Shown: piece by piece, positions 50,935-64,000 of the stretch
How the letters are laid out: the number at the start of each line of letters is the position of its first letter
How positions within the stretch are numbered: the first letter of the stretch is position 1
NCBI RefSeq assembly: GCF_006345805.1
Contig: NC_043006.1
Span: 49,848,001 to 49,912,000 of the forward strand
DNA: 64,000 nucleotides
Reading direction: 5' to 3'
DNA from: Octopus sinensis
Lineage: Eukaryota
Notes under the pieces: generated by a model
Seen by the model: only the letters and a program-made list of their open reading frames with translations
Told to the model about the DNA's origin: nothing
The model's database searches: none
Made by a program: the position numbers and the translations under genes

Positions 50935-51433
50935 TGGTCGGGTCGTCGGCGACTAAACCGGCAACCCCACCAAGCTTGCTTGGTGAGGAGGCTGTTTATT
51001 GGACACCCTGCGCGATGAAGAACAAAACCCGTCAAAGGGCGGAGGAACTCTTGAGAGTCAACGAACATCCAATAAATGTCTTAAGGCTGTATCATTCGCA
51101 GGGACATAGAAATAATCGGACTGAATACCCGATCGCGCGATTAAACCATTGGGAGTGAAGGACTCCTAGCCTTTGTTAGGGCATCCTTCTAGGAGATGGT
51201 AACTCAGGTAACTGGGATAACTCCGACATAAAACCTGCGGCTCAGTGGTTACCGATGATGTTGACTTGTTCTTCTTTTCGGATTATGGCTGCTGTTGCTT
51301 AGTGAGTGGGATTGACTCAGTGTACAGCCTTTCCTCACTTTAAAAAAAGTCTTCGTGTACAGGCATTGCATGATAACAACATTGCTTAAGCTTCGTGCAA
51401 TAGCCATACTCGATAACGAGGGGGCAGCCACCA
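50935..51433 (+). mobile_element. non-coding bipartite RTE derivative (5' UTR-like part fused to an RTE 3' tail)
   Basis: ggcatccttctaggagatggtaactc..gataactccgacataaaacc resembles RTE 5' UTR motifs as I remember them. The last ~46 nt match 47916-47962, and a (TATG)n tail follows. Confidence 0.6.
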
Positions 51434-51752
51434 TGTATGTATGTATGTATGTATGTATGTATGTATGTATGTATGTATGTATGTATGTATGTATTATGCA
51501 TATGTTTGTTTGTATGTACCTCCGTACAGTTCTCTATTACATGCCGGTCCGTTCTTGCACGGTTCCAGTAGTTAATAAGTTTATTAAGAAGAACCTGCTT
51601 AGCCTTCATTTAATTTCATTCCTCATTTTCTGAGAGAAGATTACTGGCTTAGAATGGTGCCCCTCGTCATTCCCCAACGTTGCATTTTTGCTCTTTTTAT
51701 TTTGTTGCTAGTTCTATTTTATACTGTTGCTATCTTTATGACATTGTTACTC

Positions 51753-52213
51753 TTTTACTTGTTTCAGTCAGTTGACTGTGGCCATGCTGGAGCAAATTGA
51801 CCCAAGGACTTATTCTTTGTAAGCCTAGTACTTATTCTATTGGTCTTAGTTACCGAACCGCTAAGTTACGGGGACGTAAACACACCAACATCGGTTGTCA
51901 AGCGATGTTGGTGGGGGGGGGACAAACACAGGGACACAAATACACAAACACAAACACACGCACACACACACATACGCACGCGCGCGCGCACACACACACA
52001 TACGCACGCGCGCGCGCACACACACACACACATATATATATACATATATACGACGGGCTTCTTTCAGTTTCCGTCTACCAAATCCACTCACAAGGCTTTG
52101 GTCGGCCCGAGGCTATAGTAGAAGACACTTGCTCAAGGTGCCACGCAGTGGGACTGAACCCGGAACCATGTGGTTCGTGAGCAAGCTACTTACCACACAG
52201 CCACTCCTACGCC
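51753..52213 (-). mobile_element. SINE family 1, near full length
   Basis: cttttacttgtttcagtcagttgactgtggcc...ccacacagccactcctacgcct. Confidence 0.9.
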
Positions 52214-52669
52214 TATTGAAAGATTGTATTGTTACTATTGAAAGATTGTATTGTTGCTATTCTAGTTTTATGTGTTTAGTTTTGAAAACCCAGTTATGTT
52301 TACTGGCTGTTGACATGGTTACCACAATAGACATTTTTAGAATTATGAATATGGAAGTGATGTTGTTGTTGTTGTTTTTCATCATAGTGATTGCAGTGAT
52401 GATAAAACCGATAATGACGACAGCCACAATGAAGATAACGATACAGAAAAAGTTATAACCACGAAAACGAAAATTATTATAGAATCAAAGCTTAGGTTTG
52501 GTCTTATTTCTGGTAAGATCTACGTAGTAGCGAGTCACTCCCTGTAACTTTAGGTAACCACATATTTTCGGCAGCCTTTCAAGTGCTTAAAACCCTCCTG
52601 ACAATCCTTGCTGTCCCTAAGAGACAAACTTTCTGTAGGAGCTTTACCGGGCAATCTGTCATTTAGTCA

Positions 52670-52855
52670 TTTAGTCATTTACTCGTTTGTCATTTGACTG
52701 CGGCCATGCTGAAGCACCGCCGTTAGTCGAGCAAATCGCCCCCCAGGACTCATTCTTTGTAAGCCTAGTACTTATTTTATCGGTCACTTTTGCCGAACTG
52801 CTAAGTTACGGAGACATAAACGCACCAACATCAGTTGTCAAGCGATGGTACAGAC
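52670..52855 (-). mobile_element. SINE family 1, 3' fragment
   Basis: tcatttgactgcggccatgctgaagcaccgcc...gttgtcaagcgatgg. Confidence 0.82.
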
Positions 52856-52858
52856 ACA

Positions 52859-52891
<33 letters not shown>

Positions 52892-52912
52892 CACACACAC
52901 ACACACACACAC

Positions 52913-52953
<41 letters not shown>

Positions 52954-53479
52954 TATATATATACGTGTATATTTAGGGATAACCACTAGGTGGATAACCA
53001 ATATCCTAGAAGAAGATCTAACTACAAAGAAAAGAATGTTCTCTAGAGAAATTCAGCAAACACCAGAACATAAGCGGGCAAGACAGATGAAAAATATATA
53101 AAAATCAAGAATTAATCGTACGTTAATTCTTGATTAATTCTTCTGGTCGATTAACCCATCCTGCTCAAAAGGTCCCTGAATAAGGGTTGTTTAAATATGT
53201 TGATTGAAGCACCCATGTTTCCAGAGGTGAATTATTGAAACCCAAAGTATCCCTCTCAAAACATGGCTATGATGCTCCCCCACTATTTCTACTCGTGATT
53301 AGAGATGCACATATCATCAGCCACCAAGTAACCTACTCAACTGGTTAAGGTCAAACGAGTGCCAAGCAAATCTGTGGTATTGAGCAGAATATTTGCTGTA
53401 GCCCATCTTTTATACCAAGACAAAACAATGTACATGATAACACTTGCAAGCATCCTACCACACATTCACACCTGTTATA

Positions 53480-53695
53480 AATATTGGTTTCAAATTTTGG
53501 CACAAGGCCAGCAACTTATAAGGAGGGGATAAGTCGATTACACCGTCTCCACAACTCAATTGGTACTTATTTTATCGATCCCGAAAGGATGAAAAGCAAA
53601 TTGGACCTCGGTGGAATTCGAACTCAGAAGGTAAAGAAGGGCGAAATGCCACTAAGAATTTTACTTGGCGTGTTAACGATTCTGCCGCCTTCCCA
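53480..53695 (-). mobile_element. SINE family 2
   Basis: ggtacttattttatcgatcccgaaaggatgaaa..gacctcggtggaattcgaactcagaa. Confidence 0.82.
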
Positions 53696-54814
53696 CCTTA
53701 CCAATGTTAGAAATATTATCATGCTCTGGCAGAATTGTTAGTGCGTCGGACAAAATATGCTTGCTGCCTTATAAGTATTTATCAACAAAGTATGGTCATT
53801 AGATATTTCCTATGCGCTGTCTCTGTAAAGACAGCCAACCTTCTTGACAGACGGGTCTGCTGGCCCTGAACTTATCCATGACTAAACGGTAAACGATAAT
53901 AGCATCAAAAAGCTAGAGAAGCTAGAAATAAGGGGCAAATTCTCCAAATCACTATATAAGACTAACTTCAAAATGGAAGTGCAGATTTCATAATATAGAC
54001 CTCGATACATTATGCCCAAAATAAAGACGAAAGGGTCAAGCTGGAATGTGATTTGATTGCTAGTAGTATTGTGTGCATGTCGTTTTAATAGTTATTCTTA
54101 TTTATCTCTAGATCAACCTTGATCGAGCAAGTAGCAAATAGAAAAGGGATCCCCTGGTGTTTTGCAGCTTTAAAAAAAATCAAGACGGGCATGATGACGT
54201 TGTTGTTGCTGTTTTTCCCTGAGATATTCCGGCTATGTCCATTTCTTCTATTTGAGGTGTATTTAGTATTATATAATTGCATGTTTTTCCTTACTTAGTA
54301 GTGTGGGATTTTAAGATTTACTTGCTATTTCTAGCATTTCTGTAGTATATGTACTGATTCTCATGATAGTGGTTGCAGTGAGATGATAATTATGATGACT
54401 ATGATAGCGATAGTGACGATCATGCTAATTATGAGAAGGTGGAGGAAAATAAGTAAGGGAAAGAGGAGAAAGGAGGAGGAGGAGAAGGAAGAGGAGAAGA
54501 AAGGGGTGGAAGAGAAAGGGGAGGACGGCTATGAATATGATGACGACGACGATGTCGATAAAGTCGATAATGATGATAATGATGACGGTGCTGATTATGA
54601 TGACTATTTCGAAATTCGTTTTCGTTATTTTCCCCCAAATAATTTTTTAAAAGTTATTTTTATATTTTGAGAGTTAGTTACTAATTAGACAAGAAGACAG
54701 TGATAAATTATTGAAATTAGTCAGACGAATAATCTAGGGAATCATGTGCTAACTTGTTACTATCAAAACTTAGGATTTCTTTAGTTGTTTTTATTATTAT
54801 CGTTGCTACACAGA

Positions 54815-55140
54815 CCGTGATCGGGCAGAATCGTTTGCACGCCTCGCAAAATGCTTAGCGGCATTGCGTCCATCATTACGTTCTGAGTTCAAAACTTCAC
54901 CGAGGTCGATTTGGCTTTTCATCCTTTTGGGGGTCAATGAAATAAATACCGGTCGAACATGGGGTTGATGTAATCGATTTGCTCCCTCTTCTACATTTCA
55001 GATCTTGCGCGTATAGCAAAATGGATTATTATGAAGGCAGTGAGCTTGCAGAATCGTTAGCACAACGGACAAATTGCATAGCGCCATTTGCTTCCGTCTT
55101 GGTATTCTGAATTCAATTTCCATCGAGGTTGATCTTGCCT
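54815..55140 (+). mobile_element. SINE family 2, copy plus second head fragment
   Basis: ggcagaatcgtttgcacgcctcgcaaaatgcttagcggc.. and a second gcagaatcgttagcac.. at ~55050. Confidence 0.78.
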
Positions 55141-57527
55141 TTACATGTGACATTGTTATTTTCGTTCAGGTGGTTGTCCTCTCGTTATTTATCCTCATCT
55201 GACTGATGTAGGAAGCCTGCGCGCAAATGTTTGACCTTCCGACTTTATTTTGGGCATAGTGTATCGAGGTCTATATTATGAAATCTGCCCTTCCATTTTG
55301 AAGTCAGTTTTATATAGTGATCTGGGAAATTTGCCCGTTATTTCTAGCAAATCGAATGACCGTATAGGTGCTGCTTCTCTATCTGGTTGATGCTATTATC
55401 GCTTACCGTTTAGTCATGGAAAAGTTCTGGGTCAGCAGACCTATGATTTCTTTCTATTTGCTTGTTTTCTGGTTCTTCCTTTTCTCTTTGAGTTCCCCTA
55501 CCGTTTCAGTGTGATCTAGCCATTTCGTAAGGTCATAATTACTTTTAGTCCTACGAGCTATTTTCATTAGGATTATTTTCAATGAATCATTTTTTTATCG
55601 AAGGCGTTCGAATATGATTTGATTGGTAATTGTATAGTGTACATGTCGTCTTAATAGTTATTCTTATTTATCTCCAGATCAACCTTGATCGAGCAGACTT
55701 ATTTTCGAATAAGTTCTGGATGTGAAATTCACCATTACTTTTTCTCTTTTACTTTTGTTAGGTATTATATATCAAGGGTTACACTATCAAATGCATGTGT
55801 CCGTTTTTTGAACATGCAACGATTTGATAAACAGAAATTTGGCTGCTGATCTTTTGGAAAATCAAGCAAGTGCGTAGAGGCTCCCTTGTTTTCAACTATT
55901 CATGACTCTTGTTACCAAATGAAACAATTCTTTCGAAGAATGATATCGATTTTTAAATATCTATCTGTATATCGAAAGTGAGAGAGAAATAGAGAGCATA
56001 AGAGAGAGGAGGCAAAGACGGACAGACGGACAGATAGACATGCAGACGAACAGATAGACAGACAAACAGACACAGAATGGGGAAAGAGACAATATATGAA
56101 TTAGCTGCCACGCGTGTTATGGATTGAGAAAGATTCAGAGAAAGCGAGAAACGTTGCATTGGTGAAATATATGTAAATGATAATCTGTGGCTATTTGTGC
56201 ACGCATAAAAATTATAAAAACACAGAGATGCCTACTCTGGTTTAATGCTTTATGTAACTGAATGGATTATAAATACAGACTTTGAGAAAAACCTAGTCAT
56301 CTTATAAAGTAAGTCATCGAAAATAGATATGAGGAAAAGATTGAAAGCAAATCTGATGCTACTTATAGCTAAGATTTAGTTGGTTGATTTAAAATCTGAA
56401 CAACAAGCAAATAAAATACGCATAAGAATTTTCTGGTTACACACGTATATGATCAAAGTTACTTCAGATGTGACAGTTTCGTCTTGGCTTTTGAAAACAT
56501 AGCGTATTTAGGATCACATCATTGATTCTGTCTTTTGCTTAAAGACAGTTACGTGTGATTTTAAGGTTACTTGGCTGTTAATTATGACAGATCGTGCAAT
56601 CTGCTTTATTCTTTATATGTATCAATAACAGATGAAGGAAGACTTAGAGAAAAGCAATAAACTTACAATTACATTGATCTTAAACAGAGAGGAATTCTAA
56701 CCATACATGATAAGTAGCAGAAAATTAGGTGCATTAATTATCTCAATTAAGACATAGCTAGATGTACGCTTATGTGTGTCGTTATCGGGGTTGTAATGAT
56801 TTCTCTACAGATTAACACCGATACCTCAGCAGATCCATGATCTTTGATATTTTAGTCTGATAATCCATCTTTATGAGAAAGATTTGACAGCTAATTCCAA
56901 CAAGTCGAAAGACGGCTCAGATGCGAGTCTGATTCATGCTTGCATGCATGAAAGTGTGTATGTGTTTGCAGTTTGTTACATGTGCTCGCATCTTGTTGCC
57001 TATGTGGCGTATGTCTGTGGGTGTATGTATCTGTCTGTGTGTTGTACGAAGATACTTGTATTTAACTGAAAATATTACACACATACATCAAGGCATATAT
57101 TGCATAAAAAGAAACCTATGGATATCAATGCGTATATACAAAAATTATACATGAAATTGCGAGACAAAATCGCCCTATAGTGTATCCTTCAAATTTAAAA
57201 ACAAACAAGGAGCATAATTCCAATAAAATCAATTGATTCAAATTTTTTTTACATATTGAAATTGATTTGAATCCGACTGACGAAAGCGTCCTTTTAGACT
57301 CCTACGTTACTACCCCAATAACAGATTGATGTCAATTGTTTTATAGAATTCTTACAATACAGAGGCGGGGGGGGCATCATGTTTAACTTCCCAGTCATTT
57401 GGGCACTACTCTGAGTTATTTATACTAAACTTATTTTCCTTTCACCTGCCCACGAATATATACATATGCATATGTGTGTATGTGTGTGTGTGTGCGTGTG
57501 TGTGAGTGCGTGTGTGTGTGTGTGTGG

Positions 57528-57700
57528 GTGAGGACGTATGGCCTAGTGGTTAGGGTGTTGCACTCACTATCAATCGGTCGTGATTACAATTCCTAGACCG
57601 AGTGGTGCGTTGTGTTCTTGAGCAAAACACTTCATCTCAAATTGCTCTCAATTCAAATCGACACCTGACACGTGACACACAGTGCATCTGTTCAGTGAAC
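57528..57700 (+). mobile_element. tRNA-derived SINE (family 3-like), degenerate 5' part
   Basis: gtatggcctagtggttagggtgttg..cgttgtgttcttgagcaaaacacttcat. Confidence 0.7.
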
Positions 57701-57854
57701 TAATATGTGGCTCGAACATTTGATCACTAGAAGCAAATCATTTGTGCAAGTTGTTCAGCGACAGTTGAATGCTCATGCATCATCTTCGACGAGATAGTCC
57801 ATCATATATATTTACATACATATATATAATAATAATAGTAATAACAACAACAAC

Positions 57855-57905
<51 letters not shown>

Positions 57906-57906
<1 letters not shown>

Positions 57907-58510
57907 CTAAGAAGGAATATATTTACAGACATGACAGAGTTGGAACCTACATACATTGGAAGCTATGCCAACATTATGGAATAACAACAGAAAAAAGATG
58001 GTATAGGCACACACCAGAAAGGGTCACAGAAAACGAGAAAGCAACCATACTCTCGGATATTCCGATACACACAGATAGAGAAATTAAGGCCAACAGACCA
58101 GATATAGTTATCAGAGATCATGTAGAAGAAAAATGCTTTCTAATTGATGTATCAATACCGGCAGATGACAACGTGTCTCTAAAAGAAATGGAGAAACTCT
58201 CAAAATACAAAGACCTGGAAATAGAGGTAACTAGAATGTGGAACCTGAAAACAGAAACAATTCCTATCATAGTAGGTGCATTAGGCATGATAAAAAAATA
58301 TTCAGACAAATACATAACAAAAACACCAGGACTTACAAACACATATAACATACAGAAAATTGCACTACTAGGCACTGCACACATCCTACGCAGAACACTT
58401 TCCATACAATAACCATCAGAGCATCACAACAAATCACAGCACATACCCAAGGCACACAGAGCTGCGCTCGGTAGTGAAGTGAAAGCACGCTATAAAAATA
58501 AAATTACTGA
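57906..58510 (+). mobile_element. R4/Dong subfamily A, 5'-truncated copy flanked by (TAA)n
   Basis: RHD..NRPDIVIRD..LIDVSIP and ORF 58173..58412 KEMEKLSKYKDLEIEVTRMW..LGTAHILRRTLSIQ. (AAT)n lies on both sides. Confidence 0.92.
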
Positions 58511-58531
58511 ATAATAATAATAATAATAATA

Positions 58532-61500
58532 AAGAAGAGAACACCGGGGACGTTTAAGATGTGAGAACGATAAAACAGTGCTCCGAAATCTATCCACAAA
58601 CATCGAAAACAAAGACATCGTATGGAGCCAAAAATTTACTAATAAAGGATTGGACTATATCTGAGTAAGTAATACTCATTGAAATTTATTACTATTTTCG
58701 AAACGAAATGATGTATTTTAACTCGATATCATCTCCACCTCTAACACAACAATGTAAACATGCGTGGTACATTACGATCCATCAACACCAGATCATCCCC
58801 GACCCCAAACACCATGTACAAAAAAACTACCGAAGAAATTAAATAACACCGATATTATTCAACCTGAGAATAACAATCGGGAGGTACGTACTTTAAACAT
58901 ACAACACAAAATGTACGAAAAAAAACTACACGTGCAAAACAATGTGACAACAGAAATGAACGGACCGGTACCCTACGAAAATGACGACCGTCAAAATAAT
59001 GGGCCGGACGTTGTTCTTCATGTCCCGCAAATAAAACCGAAAAGACATAAATGGACACGTGAGGAATACATTTCTATCCTACACGCATACTTCACAGCAG
59101 TGCTCTACTCAAAAAATGAAAACACAACAACACATACATATAAAATATGGAAGGAAAATAACATAAATATAGACTTGAATACAGCAATGAACCCTAATAA
59201 ACTAGCTAACGTACGAAGATATATTCTCAACGCAAAAAAAATATCAGAAATAGAAATAGAACATCTAAAAGAAAAAATCAGGAAAATGTAGATAGAAGCC
59301 ACACAACAATGCCCAATAATATAAACAGTAAAACACGAAGACGAACGTAACATTCCCAACAAACACGATGTAAACAAAAAACAACAAACCCTGACCGTAA
59401 GGATGCATAATAATACACCACAAAGAGCAAGCCAAAACACGACAAACAAACATACAAATGAGAAAGAAAGCGACACAAATCTAAAACCTAGAAACAACGA
59501 AGGGGAGCCTAATGATTATGATAATATAAAAAGTAGAATAATCAAAGAACTGAAAACCACAGAGTTCAAAATGGACCACCGACCATAGCTCCCAAGAATC
59601 AAAATAGACGAAACAACAACACCAATTATAAACAGCATAAACCTAGCCGTCACGGAACTAATAGCCACTGAAACAAAAAGCGATATCACTGAGCTAAATG
59701 ACTTAGTATACGCAGCAGCCACTGCAGCCCCAAACGAAGCTGGATACTCACTCAAACCCGTCCAAACAGGAGTACCACCACCCAAACAAACCCTGTGGAT
59801 AAATAACATCCAAAACAAAATACAAAAAATGAGAAAAGATCTGTTGATTCTTAATGAAATCAGTAGACAATCAACGCTACTGAGCAACAAAAAGAAAACA
59901 AAAATACTCCGCAAATACATCACAGAAAAAGATTTACCTGAGATAAAAGAAAAGCTAAAGCAAGATATCCTTGCCAAAGCACAAAGGATCCGCCGGTACG
60001 AGAAACGCCAGCGCTTCTTTGAACAAAACAAAAAGTTCAACTCCAGCCCCAAAAAGTTCTACCAAGAACTTGGCAAAAATAAAATAGAAATCACTGCAGC
60101 ACCAACGGCAGAAGAATTGGAAGAATTCTGGAGAGAAATATGGTCGGCGAACGAACAACCAAAAAAAGGAGTATTAAAACAACAAACTCAGCATCTGAGC
60201 AACTTTGGACTCCCATAACAGCTGAAGAGGTCACCCAGGCACTGAAAAGACTAAGCAACTGGAAGGCACTGGGCATGACAAGATCCCCAACGTCTGGTTG
60301 AAATATCTAACAGGAATGCACAAAAAGCTGGCTGAAAACTTTAACAACATACTAGCAGAGCCAGAGACAATGCCTGAATGGCTCACGAAGGGGAAAACCA
60401 TCTTAATTCCTAAATCAAATGAGACAGCAAAACCAGAAAACTACAGACCAATAACCTGCCTCTCTACAATGTACAAGGCATTTACTGCAGTGATATCGCA
60501 AAGGTTGAACAAGCACCTGGACGAAAACAACCTGTTTCCAGAAGAGCAGAAAGGATGCCACAAAGGCTCATATGGCTGTAAAGATCAACTAATGATTAAT
60601 AAAGCCATAACTGAAGACAGCCACAGAAAGAAGAAAGGCCTCAGTATGGCCTGGATCGACTACAAAAAGGCGTTTGATAGCATCCCCCACATGGATCCTC
60701 GAAACACTAGCCATTAACAAAGTAGCACCAACAATTATAAAATTCATAGGACACTCTATGAATAAATGGCAAACAGTGCTACAGTTCCAAACAAAAGAGG
60801 GACTCATGAAAACCAAATCAATCTCCATTAGAAGAGGAATATTCCAGGGAGACACGCTCTCTCCACTCCTTTTCTGCTTGGCACTGTCACCTCTATCCGA
60901 TATGCTAAATAGAACGGGATCAGCCACCTTTTATATATGGATGACCTAAAACTATACGCTGCAAATGACAAGCAGCTGGAAAAACTATTAAAGACAGTTC
61001 ATGGATTCACCAAGGAAATATATATGAAATTTGGATTAGAAAAATGCGCCAAAGTAACCCTGAAAAGAGGAAAACTAGTTAAGAGTAGCAACATCACACT
61101 AGATAAAACCAATGAAATAAAAGGATTAGACCAAAGCCAAACTTACAAATACTTAGGAATCCATGAACTAGATAAGACACAACACACACAAATGAAAGAG
61201 AAAATAAAAAAGGAATATTATAGACGAGTTAGATCAATACTAAAAACAGAGCTCAATGCTAAAAACAAGATAATAGGTATTAACACTTTAGCTGTCCCAG
61301 ATATAAGTTACAGCTACAATATCCTTAACTGGACACGAAATGAACTGTCCAAAATAGATAGGAAAACAAGAAAAATAATGACAGGATCTAGGATGCATCA
61401 CCCAAAATCTGACATAGAAAGACTATATATACAACGTATAGAAGGTGGTAGAGGCCTTATACAGCTGGAAAACTACTATAAAATAACCACCATAGGACTG

Positions 61501-62611
61501 CAAAAATATCTACTTCAGAAGGAAGGAAAGCTGATACAAATAGCGGCAAAACACGATCAAAACAAAAAACTGTTCTCAGTATTTAAGGAAGCTGACAAAT
61601 ACAAACAAGAAATCATACCACCTAATAAATATGAAGAAGAAGAAGAAGAAGAGAGAAGAAGAAGAAGAAGAAAGAAGAAGAAGAAGAAGAAAGAAGAAGA
61701 AGAAGAAGAAGAAGAAGAAGAAGAAGAAGAAGAAGAAGAAGAAGAAGAAGAAGAAGAAGAAGAAGAAGAACAAGAACAAGAACAAGAAACAACAAAAGCT
61801 ATAAAACAAATGAAATCCAAACTAAAACTAGAACAGCAAAGAACCATGATAAAAGGATGGCAAGAAAAGCCCCTTCATGGTAAATACTGGACTAAACTAA
61901 ATGCAAAAGAAATAGACAAAGAAAAATCCCAGCAATGGTTGAGAAGCTCAGGACTCAAAGCAGAGACAGAGGGATTTTTAATTGCTGCACAAGACCAAAG
62001 CCTCCCCACCAGAAATTACCAAAAACATGTAATGAAAAGAAATATAACAAGTAACTGCAGAATATGTGGAGATGGATAAGAAACAATAAATCATATTATC
62101 TCTGGCTGCCCAGTCCTGGCTAAGAAGGAATATATTCACAGACATGACAGAGTTGGAACCTACATACATTGAAAGCTATGCCAACATTATGGAATAACAA
62201 CTGAAAAAAGATGGTATAGGCACACACCAGAAAAGGTCACAGAAAACGAGAAAGCAACCATACTCTGGGATATACCGATACACACAGATAGAGAAATTAA
62301 GGCCAACAGACCAGATATAGTTATCAGAGATCATGAAGAAAAAAATGCTTTCTAATTGATGTATCAATACCGGCATATGACAACGTGTCTCTAAAAGAAA
62401 TATTCAGACAAATACATAACAAAAACACCAGGACTTACAAACACATATAACATACAGAAAATTGCACTACTAGGCACTGCACACATCCTACGCAGAACAC
62501 TTTCCATACGATAACCATCAGAGCATCACAACAAATCACAGCACATACCCAAGGCACACAGAGCTGCGCTCGGTAGTGAAGTGAAAGCACGCTATAAAAA
62601 TAAAACTACTG
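58532..62611 (+). mobile_element. R4/Dong subfamily A, apparently full-length (~4.1 kb) but disrupted
   Basis: N-terminal RHKWTREEY..NKLANVRRYI, RT YRPITCLST..WIDYKKAFDSIPH..GIFQGDTLSPLLFCLAL..MDDLKLYA, then AAQDQ..CRICG..HIISGC, RLE and 3' UTR into (TAA)n. Several stops and deletions. Confidence 0.93.
61631..61790 (+). repeat. (GAA)n expansion inside the Dong ORF
   Basis: Translated in frame as poly-E/R/K in ORF 60937..62079. Confidence 0.95.
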
Positions 62612-62642
62612 AATAATAATAATATTAATAATAATAATAACG

Positions 62643-62700
<58 letters not shown>

Positions 62701-62723
62701 TAATAATGATAATAATGATGATA

Positions 62724-62779
<56 letters not shown>

Positions 62780-62804
62780 GGTGGTGGTGGTGATGATGAT
62801 GATG

Positions 62805-62867
<63 letters not shown>

Positions 62868-62870
62868 TTA
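62612..62870. repeat. (TAA)n-(TGA)n-(TGG)n-(TAA)n compound microsatellite
   Basis: Direct reading of the sequence. Confidence 0.95.
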
Positions 62871-62927
62871 ATAAGTAGTTCGGTATGTTAAAAGAACTGT
62901 TATCGGTAAACTTGGACAAAATTTTTT

Positions 62928-63008
62928 ATAATTATGAGTATAATTATAATTAGAGTTCAGCAAACATTTGCTTCACCACATACCGAACCCTAATTATAAT
63001 TATACTCA

Positions 63009-63015
<7 letters not shown>
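62928..63015. repeat. hairpin with perfect 26-bp AT-rich arms
   Basis: ataattatgagtataattataattag / ctaattataattatactcataattat. Confidence 0.88.
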
Positions 63016-63086
<71 letters not shown>

Positions 63087-63180
63087 GTATGTATATACAT
63101 ATATATATACATATATACATATATATATACATATATACGTATATACATATATATATATATACATATATATATACATATAC

Positions 63181-63274
<94 letters not shown>

Positions 63275-64000
63275 CCTGTTAAAAAATAGTAATGGTATTT
63301 TATATAAGCTTAAATATTATGGCAGTGACCAAGGAAAATAGTCTAATAAAGAAGCATAAGCCCTCGACAGAAAAAGAAGGCTTTCCTATCCGCATGCATA
63401 TGTACACACACACACACACACACATACACACACACATACACACACACATACACACACACATACACACACTTACACACATACACACACATATACACACACA
63501 CAAACACACATATATACATGTATGTATATATACATATATATGTATGAATATATATATACACATATATGTGTGTAGAGAGAGAGTGTGAGAGACACATATA
63601 TGTATGGCAATTACTTGTCTATAATTTAAGATGGCTTCTACGAAATATAAAATAAATTGAAGATATAAATTAATATTATTGAAACTATTTTTTCTTTTGT
63701 TATTGAAAGCAAGAAAGCGTGGACTCAATATTTCGATAAAAGGAAAAATTCAAAATAAAAATAAAACCAAATATATTAACATGAGATTTCTTCTCATGAG
63801 ACGTCCTACATTTTGAAATATTGACAAGTTGAATATATGTATTCTTTGCAATATTTTTTAACCTAGTTTCTTCACCCTAGATATGAATAAGTCATAATCA
63901 CTTTCAATTACAAGCTTTTGTTAAACGCAAACTGATAACAATAAACTATTATATAAATAAGAAAAACAAGGAAAACAGAAAGAATGAGAAAATATACAAA

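Noticed and set aside
53104-53134. 12-bp-arm hairpin atcaagaattaa-tcgtacg-ttaattcttgat
   Set aside because: It is short and AT-rich with no supporting context.
54383-54670. Acidic/basic 95-aa ORF
   Set aside because: It is a degenerate (GAT)n/(GAG)n repeat with no splice or domain evidence.

Overview
AT-rich, microsatellite-dense animal DNA made almost entirely of mobile-element debris. I could not support any host protein-coding exon. The SINE families and overall texture resemble a coleoid cephalopod (Octopus-like) genome; this is inference from memory, not a search result. Contents: a 5'-truncated Tx1/L1-type retroelement end; R4/Dong-type retrotransposons with a restriction-like endonuclease (RLE), stacked head-to-tail in (TAA)n tracts at 5.3-9.5 kb and 57.9-62.6 kb; a CR1-group LINE; RTE-clade fragments embedded in (TATG)n; five mariner/maT-type DNA transposon copies; two Helitron RepHel remnants; and many tRNA-type SINEs. 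The most notable unannotated signals are (1) at least nine minimal type-I hammerhead-ribozyme motifs (stem I, CUGANGA, stem II, GAAAC, palindromic stem III, NUH) from about six unrelated sequence families, of the kind known from Penelope-like elements, including a ~410-bp palindrome carrying an intact-looking hammerhead on each strand, and (2) several long fold-back palindromes built from single element copies. Most short ORFs in the six-frame track are microsatellite artefacts.
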